This document shows positions 1 to 11,837 of a DNA stretch of 64,000 bases, in pieces. Every line of letters starts with the position of its first letter. Positions within the stretch are counted from its first letter, which is position 1. A program made the translations under genes and the position numbers. The notes beneath the pieces are model-generated. The model was not told the DNA's origin, searched no databases, and saw only the letters and a list, made by a program, of their open reading frames with translations. The stretch covers positions 36,589,065-36,653,064 of the forward strand of contig NC_090411.1 in NCBI RefSeq assembly GCF_036365525.1, in the 5' to 3' direction. This stretch comes from Heterodontus francisci (taxonomy: Eukaryota).

Positions 1-290
1 CTGGGTTCAGTTCTGGGTACTGCCTGTGCAGAGTTTGCAAGTTCTCCCTGTGATCGTGTGGGTTTCCGCTGGGTGCTTTGGTTTCCTCCCACAACCAAAG
101 ACTTGCAGGTTGATAGGTAAATTGCCCATTGTAAATTTCCCCTAGTGTAGGTAGGTTGTAGGAGAATGGTGGGGATGTGGTAGGGAATATGGGATTAATG
201 TAGGATTAGTATAAATGGGTGGTTGTTGGTTGGCACAAACTCGGTGGGCTGAAGGGCCTGTTTCAGTGCTGTATCTCTCTATATGACTCT
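1..290 (+). mobile_element. HE1-type V-SINE (5' end cut by window edge)
   Basis: Similar to the five other copies in the window: B-box-like GGTTCAGTTCT, V-domain-like core GGGTTTCC...GGTTTCCTCCCACA, and CR1-derived tail GGGCTGAAGGGCCTGTTTCAGTGCTGTATCTCT. Confidence 0.85.
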
Positions 291-294
291 AAGG

Positions 295-1650
295 AAATTA
301 AGGACCAGTTAGCCTGACATCTGTCAGTTGCTGGAGTCTATAATCAAGTATAGGGTGACTGAACACCTAGAAAAATGTCAGTTAATCAGGGACAGCCAGC
401 ATGGATTCATGACAGGAAGGTCATGCCTGACAAATCTCATTGAAATTTTTTGAAGAGGTGACTAAGGTAGTGGACAGGGGAATGTCTATGGATGTTATTT
501 ATATGGACTTGCAGAAGGCATTTGATAAAGTCCCACATAAGAGACTGTTAACTAAGATAGAAGCCCATGCAGTTGAGGGCAAATTATTGACATGGTTAGA
601 AAGTTGGTTGAGTGGTAGGCAGCAGAGAGTGGGTAAGTACTCCGATTGGCAGGATGTGACTAGTGGTGTTCCGCAGGGATCTGTGTTGGGGCCTCAATTA
701 TTCACATTATTCATTAACGACTTGGATGATGACATAGTAAGTCATGTATCCAAATTTGCTGATGATACAAAGTTAAGCGGCATTGTAGATGATAGCAAAA
801 AATTGCAAAGAGATATTGACAGACTAGGTGAGTGGGCAAAACTGGCAGATGGATTTCAATGCGGGCAAGTGTGAAATTATCCATTTTGGACCAAAAAAGG
901 ATAGAGCAGGGTACTTTCTAAATGGGAAGAGGTTAAGTACAGTGGATGTCCAAAGAGACTTGGGGTTTCAGGTGCATCTTTAAAATGCCAGGAGCAAATG
1001 CAGAAAATAATCAAAAAAGCTAATGGAATGCTAGCCTTTACATCTAGAGGATTGGAGTATAAAGACAGAGGTTATGCTGCAGCTGTACAAAACCCTGGTT
1101 AGACCCCACTTGGAGTATTGTGAGCAGTTCTGGGCACCACATCTTAGGAAGGATATATTGGCCTTGGAGGGAGTGCAACGTAGGTTTACAAGAATGATAC
1201 CTGGACTACAGGGGTTAAGTTAAAGGAGAGATTACACAAATTAGGCCTGTTTTCACTAGAATTCAGAAGGTGAAGGTGTGATCTGATTGAAGTCTTCAAG
1301 ATATTAACAGGAAAAGACAGGCTAGATAAACTATTTCCATTGGTTGGAGATTCTAAAACTAGGGGGCAGTGTCTAAAAATTAGGACCAGACCGTTCAGGA
1401 GAGATGTTAGGAAGCACTTCTTCACGCAAAGGGTGGTAGAGGTTTGGAACTCTCTCCCACAAACAGCAGTTGAAGCTAGAACAGTTGTTAATTTTAAATC
1501 TGAGATAGATAGATTTTTGTTAAGCAAAGATATTAAGGGATATGGGCCAAAGGCAGGTATATGGAGGTAGGCTGCAGTTCAGCCATGATCTCATTGAATG
1601 GCAGGACAGGCTCGAGGGGCTGAATGGCCTACTCCTGTTCCTATGTAATC
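295..1650 (+). mobile_element. CR1 (HER1-like) LINE, 5'-truncated, degenerate RT
   Basis: ORF 440-874 carries RT motifs [24 protein letters not shown] and FADDTKL; C-terminal FFTQRVV..WNSLP; tail AATGGCCTACTCCTGTTCCTATGT. Confidence 0.9.
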
Positions 1651-2865
1651 CACCTTCCCGCCTACCCCCAATAACCTTTCACCCCCTTGCTTATCAAGAA
1701 TCTATCGACCTCTGCCTTAAAAATATTCAAAGTCTCTGCTTCCACTGCCTTTTGAGGAAAAGTTCCAAAGAATCACGACCCTCAGAGAAAAAAGTTCTCA
1801 TCTGTCTTAAATGAGCGACCCCTTATTTTTAAACAGTGACTCCTAGTTCTAGATTTTCCCACAAGGGGAAACATCCTTTCCACATCCACCCTGTCAAGAA
1901 CCCTCAGAATCAATCAAGTCGCCTCTTACTCTTCTAAACTCCAGCGGATACAAGCCTAGCCTGTCCAACCTTTCCTCATAAGACAACCCGCCCATTCCAG
2001 GTATTAGTCTAGTAAACCTTCTCTGAACTGCTTCTAACACATTTCCATCCTTCCTTAAATAAGGAGATCAATACTGTACACAGTACTCCAGATGTGGTCT
2101 CACCAATGCCCTGTATAACTGAAGCATAACCAAGTGAATGCCCACTTTTGTATTCAATTGCGATAAACAATAACATTCTATTTGCTTTCCTAATTACTTG
2201 CTGTACCTGTATATGAACCTTTTGCGATTCATGCACTAGGACACCCAGATCCCTCTGTATCTGAGCTCTGCAATCTCTCACCATTTAGATAATATGCTTC
2301 TTTTTATTCTTCCTGCCAAAATGGACAATTTCACATTTTCCCACATTATACTCCATTTGCCAGGTCTTTGCCCACCTACTTAACCTATCCATATCCCTTT
2401 GTAGCCCCCTTATCTCCTCTTCACAACTTACTTCCCTACCTATCTTTGTGTCATCACTAAATTTAGCAACCATACCTTCGGTCCCTTCATCCAAGTCATT
2501 TATATAAATTGTAAAAAGTTGAGGCCCCAGCACTGATCCCTGTGGCACACCACTTTTGCCAACCAGAAAATGATCCATTTATGCCTCCTCTCTGTTTCCT
2601 GTTAGCTAGTCAATCTTCTATGCATGCCAAAATGTTACTCCCTACACCATGAGCTTTTATTTTCTGCAATAACCTTTGATGTGGCACCTGATCAAATGCC
2701 TTCTGGAACTCCAAGTACAATACATCCACCGGTTCCCCTTTATTCACTGCACGTTACTTCTTCAAAGAACTCTAATAAATTGGTTAAACATGATTTCCCT
2801 TTCACAAAACCATGTTGACTCTGCCTGATTACCTTGAATTTTTCTAAGTGCCCTGCTAGAAAGTC
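1650..2865 (-). mobile_element. CR1 LINE fragment, degenerate RT
   Basis: Minus-strand ORFs contain [43 protein letters not shown] and KFSDDTK. Confidence 0.9.
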
Positions 2866-2869
2866 TTTA

Positions 2870-3773
2870 ACGTCTCCTATAGAAGCCCGGAATGAGCCTG
2901 ATGCATAGAAGTTCAGAGTGACTGTGACCTTTAGAGCCATCGGCATTGGAATGTCTCCCACGCAGTTGGAGCTGACCTCCGCTGCCATCATCTCACACAG
3001 AGATGGCACAGTCTCTCAGGACAGGCGCAGTCTTCTAAGCTCAACCGCTGCCGGTACACCCTGCCTACTGGGTAGACTCGTCTCCTCACAGGTCTTTGCT
3101 GCCAATTAATTCTGTGGCCTTCTGTCCCTCCCCCATCACCAGACTGCAGCTGGCCAGCAGGTTGCTGAATTCCTTGGCCACCTGTCCCTCTTCCTCGCTG
3201 GAGGACCCTCCTCCAGAGTGGACAATGCCCATGGCAGCAGTGTCCCAAAGATATATTGGGGACAGCTTTTTGCTACCTACTGCAAGACAGGCACTCGCAA
3301 CCCCTCTCCCCTACCTGGGATAAATCACAGACACTGTGGCCCTACCAGGAGGATTACTCACTCAGGTGAACCCTGGTAAGCCAGCAATATCAGCCCTGAC
3401 CTTGGAATTTAGTGCTAAATACAACACACACAAAACAGAAGATTCCAGTGCCTCTAACTCTTTCAGTGTAAGAGTAGGTGCTACTCATTTATAGTTGCCG
3501 GGTCTGCGACCGCGCTCCCCGCCACCCCCCCTCGCCCGCCCATGTGACCCTTGCGCAGAACATAAAATGGCGTGGGCGACGTAAAATTATGTCAATTGGC
3601 CGTCAACTGCCTTAAATCAGACGGCGAGCGGCATCCCCATCACGCCTGCTGTCCCATGAGCCTAAAGTGGCAATCTGGCATCATGACTTTGGGACTGTTC
3701 CAACGTCATTGCCACCAATTCTTGCTGCAGCCACCTCCAAGGATGCTCGATTTGAGAAGGTAAAATTCTGGCC
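2870..3773 (-). mobile_element. PIF/Harbinger DNA transposon remnant (N-terminal transposase fragment plus one end)
   Basis: Minus-strand peptide MALKVTVTLNFYASGSFRASIGD resembles the Harbinger/HARBI1 helix-turn-helix region, preceded by RRRVYP..RVYRQR. The element appears to end at AAAATTCTGGCC (3762-3773), a TIR-like end (inference). Confidence 0.65.
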
Positions 3774-3795
3774 AGGATCAGAGTGGGGATCAGGA

Positions 3796-4831
3796 TGTTA
3801 CAATCAGGGAGGTGGGGTCAAAGGACTTCCCTCTTTTCCTTCTCTTTGTTTGATCACAACAGGTTTATTTCTTTTTTTTTTAAATGGATATACTTACCAT
3901 GCTATGGTCATAAAAAGAACAAATTGGACAGGTTTCCTTGCGTTTAACAAAGAAAGAGGTTAACTTTATTGTAAATAAACCAATCTCAGTAAAATAATAA
4001 ACTACGCTCCAACTTATACACACACAAGCACACATTTAAATTACAGCGTGGGGAAGGGTAGATTGGTCAAATTAGAGTCCAGAGAAATAAAAAGGGGTAT
4101 ACAGCCTGTGGGGGTCGGTGACTCGGCTGGCTTTAGGCTGAATTCGGTAGTCCTGAGGCTTCCGGTTTGAAGATGTGGACGGCTGATACAGTAATTCTCC
4201 TGGAAACAGCGATGCGGCTTATTTCCTTCAAGGAGTCTCTGTTTGTAGCAATGATAGGTCTATGTGGTTACAGCCAGCAGGCAGGGTTCAGAGCTTGCAA
4301 GGTGGATTGAAGAGAGGGATGAGGGACCCCACTTGGGTCTTTTCTTGTCGGTGTCTAGCTGCTTCTCTGGTTGCTATAGAGAAAACACAAGCTTAAACAC
4401 GCAGATGGTGGGCCTGTCGCATGACTATCACCCAGTGATTCAACCTGGTGGTTACCAATGTGTATTCCCTCTTGCAACTTAATCAGTTCATGTCGAGCAA
4501 TTCCTTCTCTCATTGGAGATCAGGATCCCATTGTTCAAGTGATAAGGTTTGAGTGGTTCATCTCCACCAGTTTAATGTCTAGGTGATGGCCTTGATATCT
4601 TGCTAATGGAAACAAGACAGGTAGTTCACTCAGATTCCCCAGGTCATTGTTGAGGGAACTGAGCAGACAATTCATCTCCATCTCAATGCATTGGAATGTG
4701 GAGTATAGAGATGCAAATTGGGGTGGCCATCTTAGCTGCTAGTAGAGTCACCTTTTATCTGCTTCTTTTCATTTTAAATTTAATTCAGGTTTCCAGCCGG
4801 TGGATTAAAAAAATCATCATTCGACATAACA
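3796..4831. mobile_element. Candidate solo LTR
   Basis: About 1.04 kb non-coding block bounded by inverted TGTTA...TAACA termini; contains AATAAA signals; flanks CAGGA/TAGGT give only an imperfect TSD. Confidence 0.4.
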
Positions 4832-4959
4832 TAGGTCAGGTCAGGGTCACAGTAGTCATGGTCAGGTCAGGGTCATCGTCAGGTCAGGTCCGTCAAGGTC
4901 AAACCAGGGTCAGGTCAGAGTCTGAATCAAGATCAGAGGCAAACCAGAGTCTGAATCAG

Positions 4960-5490
4960 AGGCGGGGCGGGCGGAATGGGGGTGGGCACAGAGAATTGCG
5001 ACGGGGGGCCGAGGACCCGTCACCTCCATGTCGCCAAGTGATCTTACCAGGCAAGATAGGCCAACGACAGCCTTCCTGCCCAGAGGCCAATTGAGGCCCT
5101 TAAGTGGCCTATTAACAACCAATAAAGGGCCTCTTCACACCGCCACACCGCCACTGGGATCTTACCAGCAGCACGGTGGGGGGGGGGCCTCCACCATGTA
5201 GGGAGGGCGCCTTGTATCCTGTCCCCAGTACCTGATGTCTGTGGGCTTGTGGGGAAGAGGGGGTCCCCTCCTCTGTGGGCAATCTGTAGCCCATGGTGGA
5301 CCTTCACCGGGAACCACTTCACCTCCCACTAAACCACCTGTCCCTGGAATGGACGATCAACCCCTCACCGCACCTTCTGGACTGGCCCCAGCGACCCCAC
5401 TTCACACACGTGAGGTCCGGAATTCCAGCGCTGGACCTGTATCCAAGGCCTCTGCAGTACTGGCAGTGGCCACCACTCAGTGTGGGGACC
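4960..5490. repeat. GC-rich interspersed repeat, probably a non-autonomous DNA transposon derivative
   Basis: Core AGGCCAATTGAGGCCCTTAAGTGGCCTATTAA with short palindromes; recalled as a common shark repeat; no coding signature. Confidence 0.35.
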
Positions 5491-5579
5491 ACTGAGCAGG
5501 CTTGAACGGCCTACTCCTGCTCCTATTTCTCACGTTCTTATGTACCAGGTACTTCCCTTCAGTATCTGGGGCCCCTGTC

Positions 5580-8500
5580 AGAAATGTTCTTTAGGGAAGG
5601 CGATCTGCTGTCCTTACCTGGTCTGGCCTACATGTGACTCCAGACCCACAGAAATGTGGTTGACTCTTACATGCCCTCTGAAATGGCCTAGCAAGCCACT
5701 CAGTTGTATCTAACCACTACAAAGTCAATAAAAAGGAATTAAACCGGACGGACAACCCGACATTGACAACGGCAAACCCCGTCGACCCTGCAAAGTCCTC
5801 CTTACTAACATCTGGGGGCTTGTGCCAAAGTTGGGAGAGCTGTCCCACAGACTAGTCAAGCAACAGCCTGACAGTCATACTCATGGAATCATACCTTACA
5901 GACAATGTCCCAGACACTGCCACACCATCCCCGGGTATGTCCTGTCCCACCGGCAGGACAGACCCAGCAGAGGTGGTGGCACAGTGGTATACAGTAGGGA
6001 GGAATTTGTCCTGGGAGTCCTCAACATCGACTCCGGACCCCATGAAGTCTCAGGTCAAACATGGGCAAGGAAACCTTCTGCTGATTACCAACTACCGCCC
6101 TCCCTCAGCTGATGTTGTCAGTACTCCTCCATGTTGAACACCACTTGGAGGAAGCACTTCGAGGGTGGCAAGGGTGCAGAATGTACTCTGGGTGGGGGAC
6201 TTCAATGCCCATCACCAAGAGTGGGCTCAGTAGCACCACTACTGACCGAGCTGGCTGAGTCCTAAAGGACATAGCTGGTAGACTGGGTCTGCGGCAGGTG
6301 GTGAGGGAAGCAACAAGAGGGAAAAATATATGACCTCGTCCTCACCAATCTGCCTGCCACAGATGCATCTGTCCATGACAGTATTGGTGGGAGTGACCAC
6401 CGCACAGTCCTTGTGGAGACGAAGTCCCACCTTCATATTGAGGATACCATCCGTCGTATTGTGTGACACTATCACCATGCTAAATGGGATAGATTTCGAA
6501 CAGATCTAGCAATGCAAAACTGGGCATCCATGAGGCGCTGTGGGCCAGCAGCAGCAGCAGAAATGTATTCAACCACAATCTGTAACCTCATGGCCCGGCA
6601 TATCCCCCACTCTACCATTACCATCAAGCCTGGAGACCAATCCTGGTTCAATGAAGAGTGCAGGAGGGCATGCCAGGAGCAGCACCAGGCATACCTCAAA
6701 ATGAGGTGTCAACCTGGCAAAACTACAACAGAGGACTAGTTGCATGCCAAACTGCATAAGCAGCATGCAATAGACAGAGCTAAGCGATCCCATAACCAAC
6801 GGATCAGATCTAAGCTCTGCAGTCCTGCCACATCCAGTCGTGAATGGTGGTGGACAATTAACTAGCCGGAGGAGGTGGCTCCACAAATATCCCAATCCTC
6901 AATGATGGGGGAGCCCAGCACATCAGTGCGAAAGATAAGGCTGAAGCATTTGCAACAATCTTCAGCCAGAAGTGCCGAGTTGATGATCCATCTCGGCCTC
7001 CTCCTGATGCCCACAGCATCACAGATGCCAGACTTCAGCCAATTCGATTCACTCCACGTGATATCAAGAAACGACTGAAGGCACTGAATACTGCAAAGGC
7101 TATGGGCCCAGACAATATTTTGGCAATAGTACTGAAGACCTGTGCTCCAGAACTTGCCGCGCCCCAGGCCAAGCTGTTCCAGTACAGCTACAACACTGGC
7201 ATCTACCCGGCAATGTGGAAAATTGCCCAGGGATGTCCTATACACAAAAAGTAGGACAAGCCCAACCCGGCCAATTACTGCCCCATCTGTCTACTCTCAA
7301 TCATTAGTAAAGTGATGGAAGGTGTCATCAACAATGCCATTAAGCAGCACTTGCTCAGTGACACTCAGTTTGGGTTCCGCCAGGGCCAGTCAGCTCCTGA
7401 CCTCATTACAGCCTTGGTTCAAACATGGACAAAAGAGCTGAACTGAAGAGGTGAGGTGAGAGTGACTGCCTTTGACATCAAGGCAGCATTTGACCGCCGA
7501 TGGCATCAATGAACCCTAGCAAAACTGAAGTCATTTGAAATAAGGGGGAAAACTCTCCGCTGGTTGGAGTCATACCTAATGCAAAGGAAGACGGTTGTGG
7601 TTGTTGGAGGTCAATCATCTGAGTTCCAGGACATCACTGCCGAGTTCCTCCAGGTAGTGTCCTAGGCCCAACCATCTTCCATGGGGCGGCACAGTGGCGC
7701 AGTGGTTAGCACTGCAGCCTCACAGCTCCAGCGACCCGGGTTCAGTTCTGGGTACTGCCAGTGCAGAGTTTGCAAGTTCTCCCTGTGACCACGTGGGTTT
7801 CCTCCGGGTGCTCCGGTTTCCTCCCACAGCCAAAGGCTTGCAGGTTGATAGGTAAATTGGCCATTGTAAATTGCCCCTAGTGTAGGTAGGTGGTAGGAGA
7901 ATGGTGGGGATGTGGTAGGGAATATGGGATTAATGTAGATTAATTAAACGGGTGGTTGGCACAGTCTTGGTGGGCCGAAGGGCCTGTTTCAGTGCTGTAT
8001 CTCTGAATAAAAAATAAATCTTCAGCTGCTTCGTCAATGACCTTCCTTCAATCATAAGGTCAGAAATGGGAATGTTTGCGCAATGTTCAGCACCATTCGC
8101 GACTCCTCAGATACTGAAGCAGTCCGTGTAGAAATACAGCAAAACCTGGACAATATCCAGGCTGGGCTGATAAGTGGCAAGTAACATTCGCGCCACACAA
8201 GTGCCAAGCAATGACCATCTCCAACAAGAGAGAATCTAACTATCTCACCTTGACATTCAATGGCATTACCGTCACTGAATCCCCCACTATCAACATCCTA
8301 GGGGCTACCATAAACTGAACTGGAGTAGCCATATAAACACCGTGGCTGCAAGAGCAGGACAGTGGCTAGGAATCCTGAGGCTCAATACCATCCAGGACAA
8401 AGCAGCCCGCTTGATTGGCACCCCATCCACAAACATTCACTCCCTCCACCACTGACACATAGTGGCAGCAGTGTGTACCATCTACAAGATGTACTGCAGC

Positions 8501-8833
8501 AACGCACCAAAGCTCCTTAGACAGCATCTTCCAAACCCATGACCTCTACCAACTAGAAGGACAAGGGCAGCAAATGCATGGGAACACCACCACCTGCAAG
8601 TTCCCCTCCAAGCCACACACCGTCCTGACTTGGAACTATATCGCCGTTCCTTCACTGTCGCTGGGTCAAAATCCTTGAACTCCCTTCCTAACAGCACTGT
8701 GGGTATACTTACCCCACATGGACTGCAGCGGTTCAAGAAGGCAGCTCACTACCACCTTCTCAAGGGCAATTAGGGATGGGCAATAAATGCTGGCCTAGCC
8801 AGTGACGCCCACATCTCCTGAATGAATAAAAAG
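5580..8833 (+). mobile_element. Degenerate CR1/L2-group LINE distinct from HER1 (APE plus RT), interrupted by an HE1 SINE
   Basis: Reads VLWVGDFNAHH, DLVLTNL, SDH (endonuclease), KAMGPDNI, FDIKAAFDR, GSVLGP (RT) across stops and frameshifts; 3' end ...GATGGGCAATAAATGCTGGCC...TGAATGAATAAAAA. Confidence 0.8.
7683..8018 (+). mobile_element. HE1-type V-SINE
   Basis: tRNA-like head GGCGGCACAGTGGCGCAGTGGTTAGCAC...GGTTCAGTTCT, V core, CR1-type tail; ATCTTC on both sides (probable TSD) inside the host LINE RT. Confidence 0.9.
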
Positions 8834-9068
8834 TGCAGAGATGTGTGTGTTGAAACAGGGCGGGTTTGGGTTCATCTGTGGTGCACACCCTGATCAAATA
8901 TCCAACTGACACAAATGGAGAACTAGTGCATGATGTGGTCGGAATGCTTGTGGCTCTCAGAAGAGGAGAGGGGACGACTCGAGGGCAGAATGTCCAATAA
9001 TTAAGAATGCTAATGCTTTTCAGAGATGCCAGCGTTCTCAATCATAAACATCCATCGCAGGAAGAACA

Positions 9069-9074
9069 TTTATT
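9069..9074 (-). terminator. Probable polyadenylation signal of the THAP7-like gene
   Basis: AATAAA on the minus strand about 550 nt downstream of the stop at 9622. Confidence 0.5.
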
Positions 9075-9279
9075 TTTGTCTTAAACAGGAAAATATTCAA
9101 CAGTTACATCTCACCTCACCGAGCAAAACCCAGTGACAGATTAAAAATGACTCCGCCCTCCTGTATAACTCACCCTCTCAACTTTTTAATGTGACATGAC
9201 CCCTGGTGACATCAGTCACTCTACAAGCCAGTCACATAGAGCTAGGAAAAGCTCTCAGGATCACTGTGACAGAGGTCCC

Positions 9280-9530
9280 AGCCTCTCCTCCTCAGCCGCT
9301 TCCCTTTGTATCTCTCCCTTCCCCCCCCTCACCCTGCTCTCTCTCCCCTCCTGCACCCTCTTTCCCTCCTTCCCCTCCCCTCTTCTCTCCCACCCACCCC
9401 ACTCTCCCCTCCCTTTCTCTCTCTCTCCCCTCCGTCCCCACCTCTCTTCACCCTCCCCTCCTGCCCCCCTTCCCTCTTCTCTACAAAGCTCACTCTCCCT
9501 CTCCATTCTTCTCTCCCCCTCTCTCCACAG
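9280..9530. repeat. Polypyrimidine/polypurine low-complexity tract in the THAP7-like 3' UTR
   Basis: About 250 bp almost entirely C/T on the plus strand. Confidence 0.85.
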
Positions 9531-9621
9531 TGTCACTGCTCTCCACATACAGTGCCGCTGGGTTGCTCCCAGAGGGATTGGCAGCACTGGTTAAATAAGT
9601 GAACAAGTTGAAATACTGGAG

Positions 9622-10285
9622 CTACAAATTCACAGCCTCATCCACCACATGCACCTCAAACACTTCAAACTGCGACTGGAGCTCCTCGGTCAAGTCCGAT
9701 TCCGGCCGTCTGTCTCGACGCGCTCGACCGCGTGGTCTCAAGATGGACGTAATGCGCGCCCGCAGGCGACTCTCGCGTTTCCTGCTCGCCAGCAGCTCCT
9801 TGCTGACCTTCTCAAAGGCCTCCTTCAGAGCCTCCGCCTTCTTCTTCCAGACCAGTGGGCAGCCTACGGTGTAACTGTGCTCAACGGGAATGTAGGCTCC
9901 AGGCTTAGGAGGTGGGCTAAGAATGCGAGCCATGTACAAAGCAATGGGGACAGGGACCCAGTCATTGTCCAGTTCCTCCAGACGGTCAGTCGAGTGTTCA
10001 GGCAAGGTGTCTGCCTGAGGCAGTGAAGTGTCCTTGGAAGTTTCCTCTGTATTTCCAACTCCCTCGAGCTCCACGGACTGCGAATCCACTTCAATGAGGT
10101 AAATGACAGCTGGAGGGGTAGCCTCAAGCTCAGGCTGGTTTGTGGAGAGTGGGACGTCAGGCAGTGACGTTTCGTACAAACAAACATTTTCAGTCACCCT
10201 TTCCTGAGGATCGGAATAACCCAGAACAAAAGCAGAACCATCTGGAGAAATGCTGAAGCCCGTCTCCGAGCTAGTGTTGACGTTG
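9622..10285 (-). CDS. THAP7: THAP7-like coding exon 4 (HCF-1 binding motif and coiled coil)
   Basis: Acceptor CACAG|C at 10286; open frame to the stop at 9622. Encodes PPKPGAYIPVEHSYTVGCPLVWKKKAEA...RKRESRLRARI, matching THAP7 PPPAGAYIQNEHSYQVGSALLWKRRAEA; EHSY is the [DE]HxY HCF-1 motif. Phase agrees with exon 3. Confidence 0.85.
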
Positions 10286-10906
10286 CTGTGATCAGCAGCA
10301 GGTAAAGAGCCGGCACCATCAGTGAGGCTGTTAGACAGACAGGAAGGGAGATTAGCTGAAGATTAATACAGGGACAGGGAGCCATCAACCACTCGTATTT
10401 TAATGTCAGTTTTTGCCCCTTGTCCTCAAATTCCCTCAGGTGCAGTTTCTGGGTAACAGTCACTCTGCAGTGCCTCACCCAAGTGACCATTCTCCAATTG
10501 TGGACTGACAATCAGTGTCCACTGGAATTTGGCCAAGAGTGTACAACAATGAACCTGTCGTGCCCTCGACCAATATCGGCACACTTGTATGAGCAAGTGA
10601 TTGGCTTGTGATAAGGAGCCCTAGCTCACTTCTCCCTTCGCTGATGCAGTGGCTGTAAAGACTGGCTGGACTTGTCAAGCCCTCGCAGGGAGCAGCTGAT
10701 TCAGCACAGACCACCTGGTGTCTAAGGCCCAAACACTTGCTGCCTTTCCCACTGGACCAGCAGGCAGAGCAATGGGAGAAATGCGAATGGGATCTTTGAT
10801 TAAGACATTGATTTCGAGTGAAGAATGCACAGCGCGAATGTTTTGTCACTGGCATAAACCTAGAGAGGTGCGCGGCGAAAGCAGATGGCCATGAGCAGCT
10901 TCTCAC

Positions 10907-11029
10907 CATTCACCGGCGCACGCAATTCCCATCATCATTTCTCTGTTTGGACTGCTCACCGCTGCCTTTCCCTGAGGATATGGCTGGAATATTGTGGGAA
11001 CAGCGTCGTCTCGGAGCCGGTGATAACCA
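10907..11029 (-). CDS. THAP7: THAP7-like coding exon 3 (AVPTIF motif)
   Basis: Acceptor TTTCCTCAG|T; encodes SGYHRLRDDAVPTIFQP. Donor GAATG|GTGAGA chosen because it is the phase-2 option that keeps exon 4 in frame. Confidence 0.85.
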
Positions 11030-11837
11030 CTGAGGAAATACAAGGTAACCAGTGAAACTCCTCCACACACACACCCGAAAATGGAACAGCAGTGGCAGAA
11101 AAACATTGAAATGGCAAAAATCGTGCTGTGTACAGGGCAAGCTGCTAATTATATTGAAGCTGGTATAAAATGAGAGCAAAGATCAAGTTGATATGACAAA
11201 CTAAGAAATAACAAAGGAGTGCAAACAAGCAATCTTAAGAATAGTTAAAGACAGGATAAGGGAAAGAACAGGAATCAGACCTCTCACCTTATAGTCCAAA
11301 GCCACAGAAACTGGTCTTCACAAGTGAGTGGGAAAAGCCCATAGTGATAGGGGACAGGAGGAGCTGGGAATTGGAGGCGGGGTCAAGGTAGGAACGGTGG
11401 GACAGGTTAATCTGACCAGTAGGAAAGGCTGGTATCACTCAAGGACAAGGGCAGAAGGGATATGTAACATTTTACTGACACATGAAATCATTGTGAAATA
11501 AAGGAAACTGGACACCCTGTCTCCCTGTGTCACATGAAAATAAACATAGCCACAGAGCAGCGTGTTACTGACAAGTGACGGAATGGGAACTGTTACAGAC
11601 TGTTATCTGGATGGTTAACACATGAAAAAAGGATGTGGAAAAAGGGCCAGGAATTGGGATGTGTAGAGATCAAGCTATCATGGCCAGTAAGGCTGATGTG
11701 AACCCATGTCCAGGAGAGAGATGGAACAATATTTAACCTGCTGCATCATCCAGCTCCATATTTCAAGCTAACTCCCTCAGCTCACAGATTACATTAGAGC
11801 TTTTTTTTTTAAAAACACTTGAGCAATGATCTGATTG

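Noticed and set aside
2740-3009. Chimeric ORF fusing transposase-like and RT-like peptides
   Set aside because: Chance in-frame junction between a Harbinger remnant and a CR1 fragment, both degenerate.
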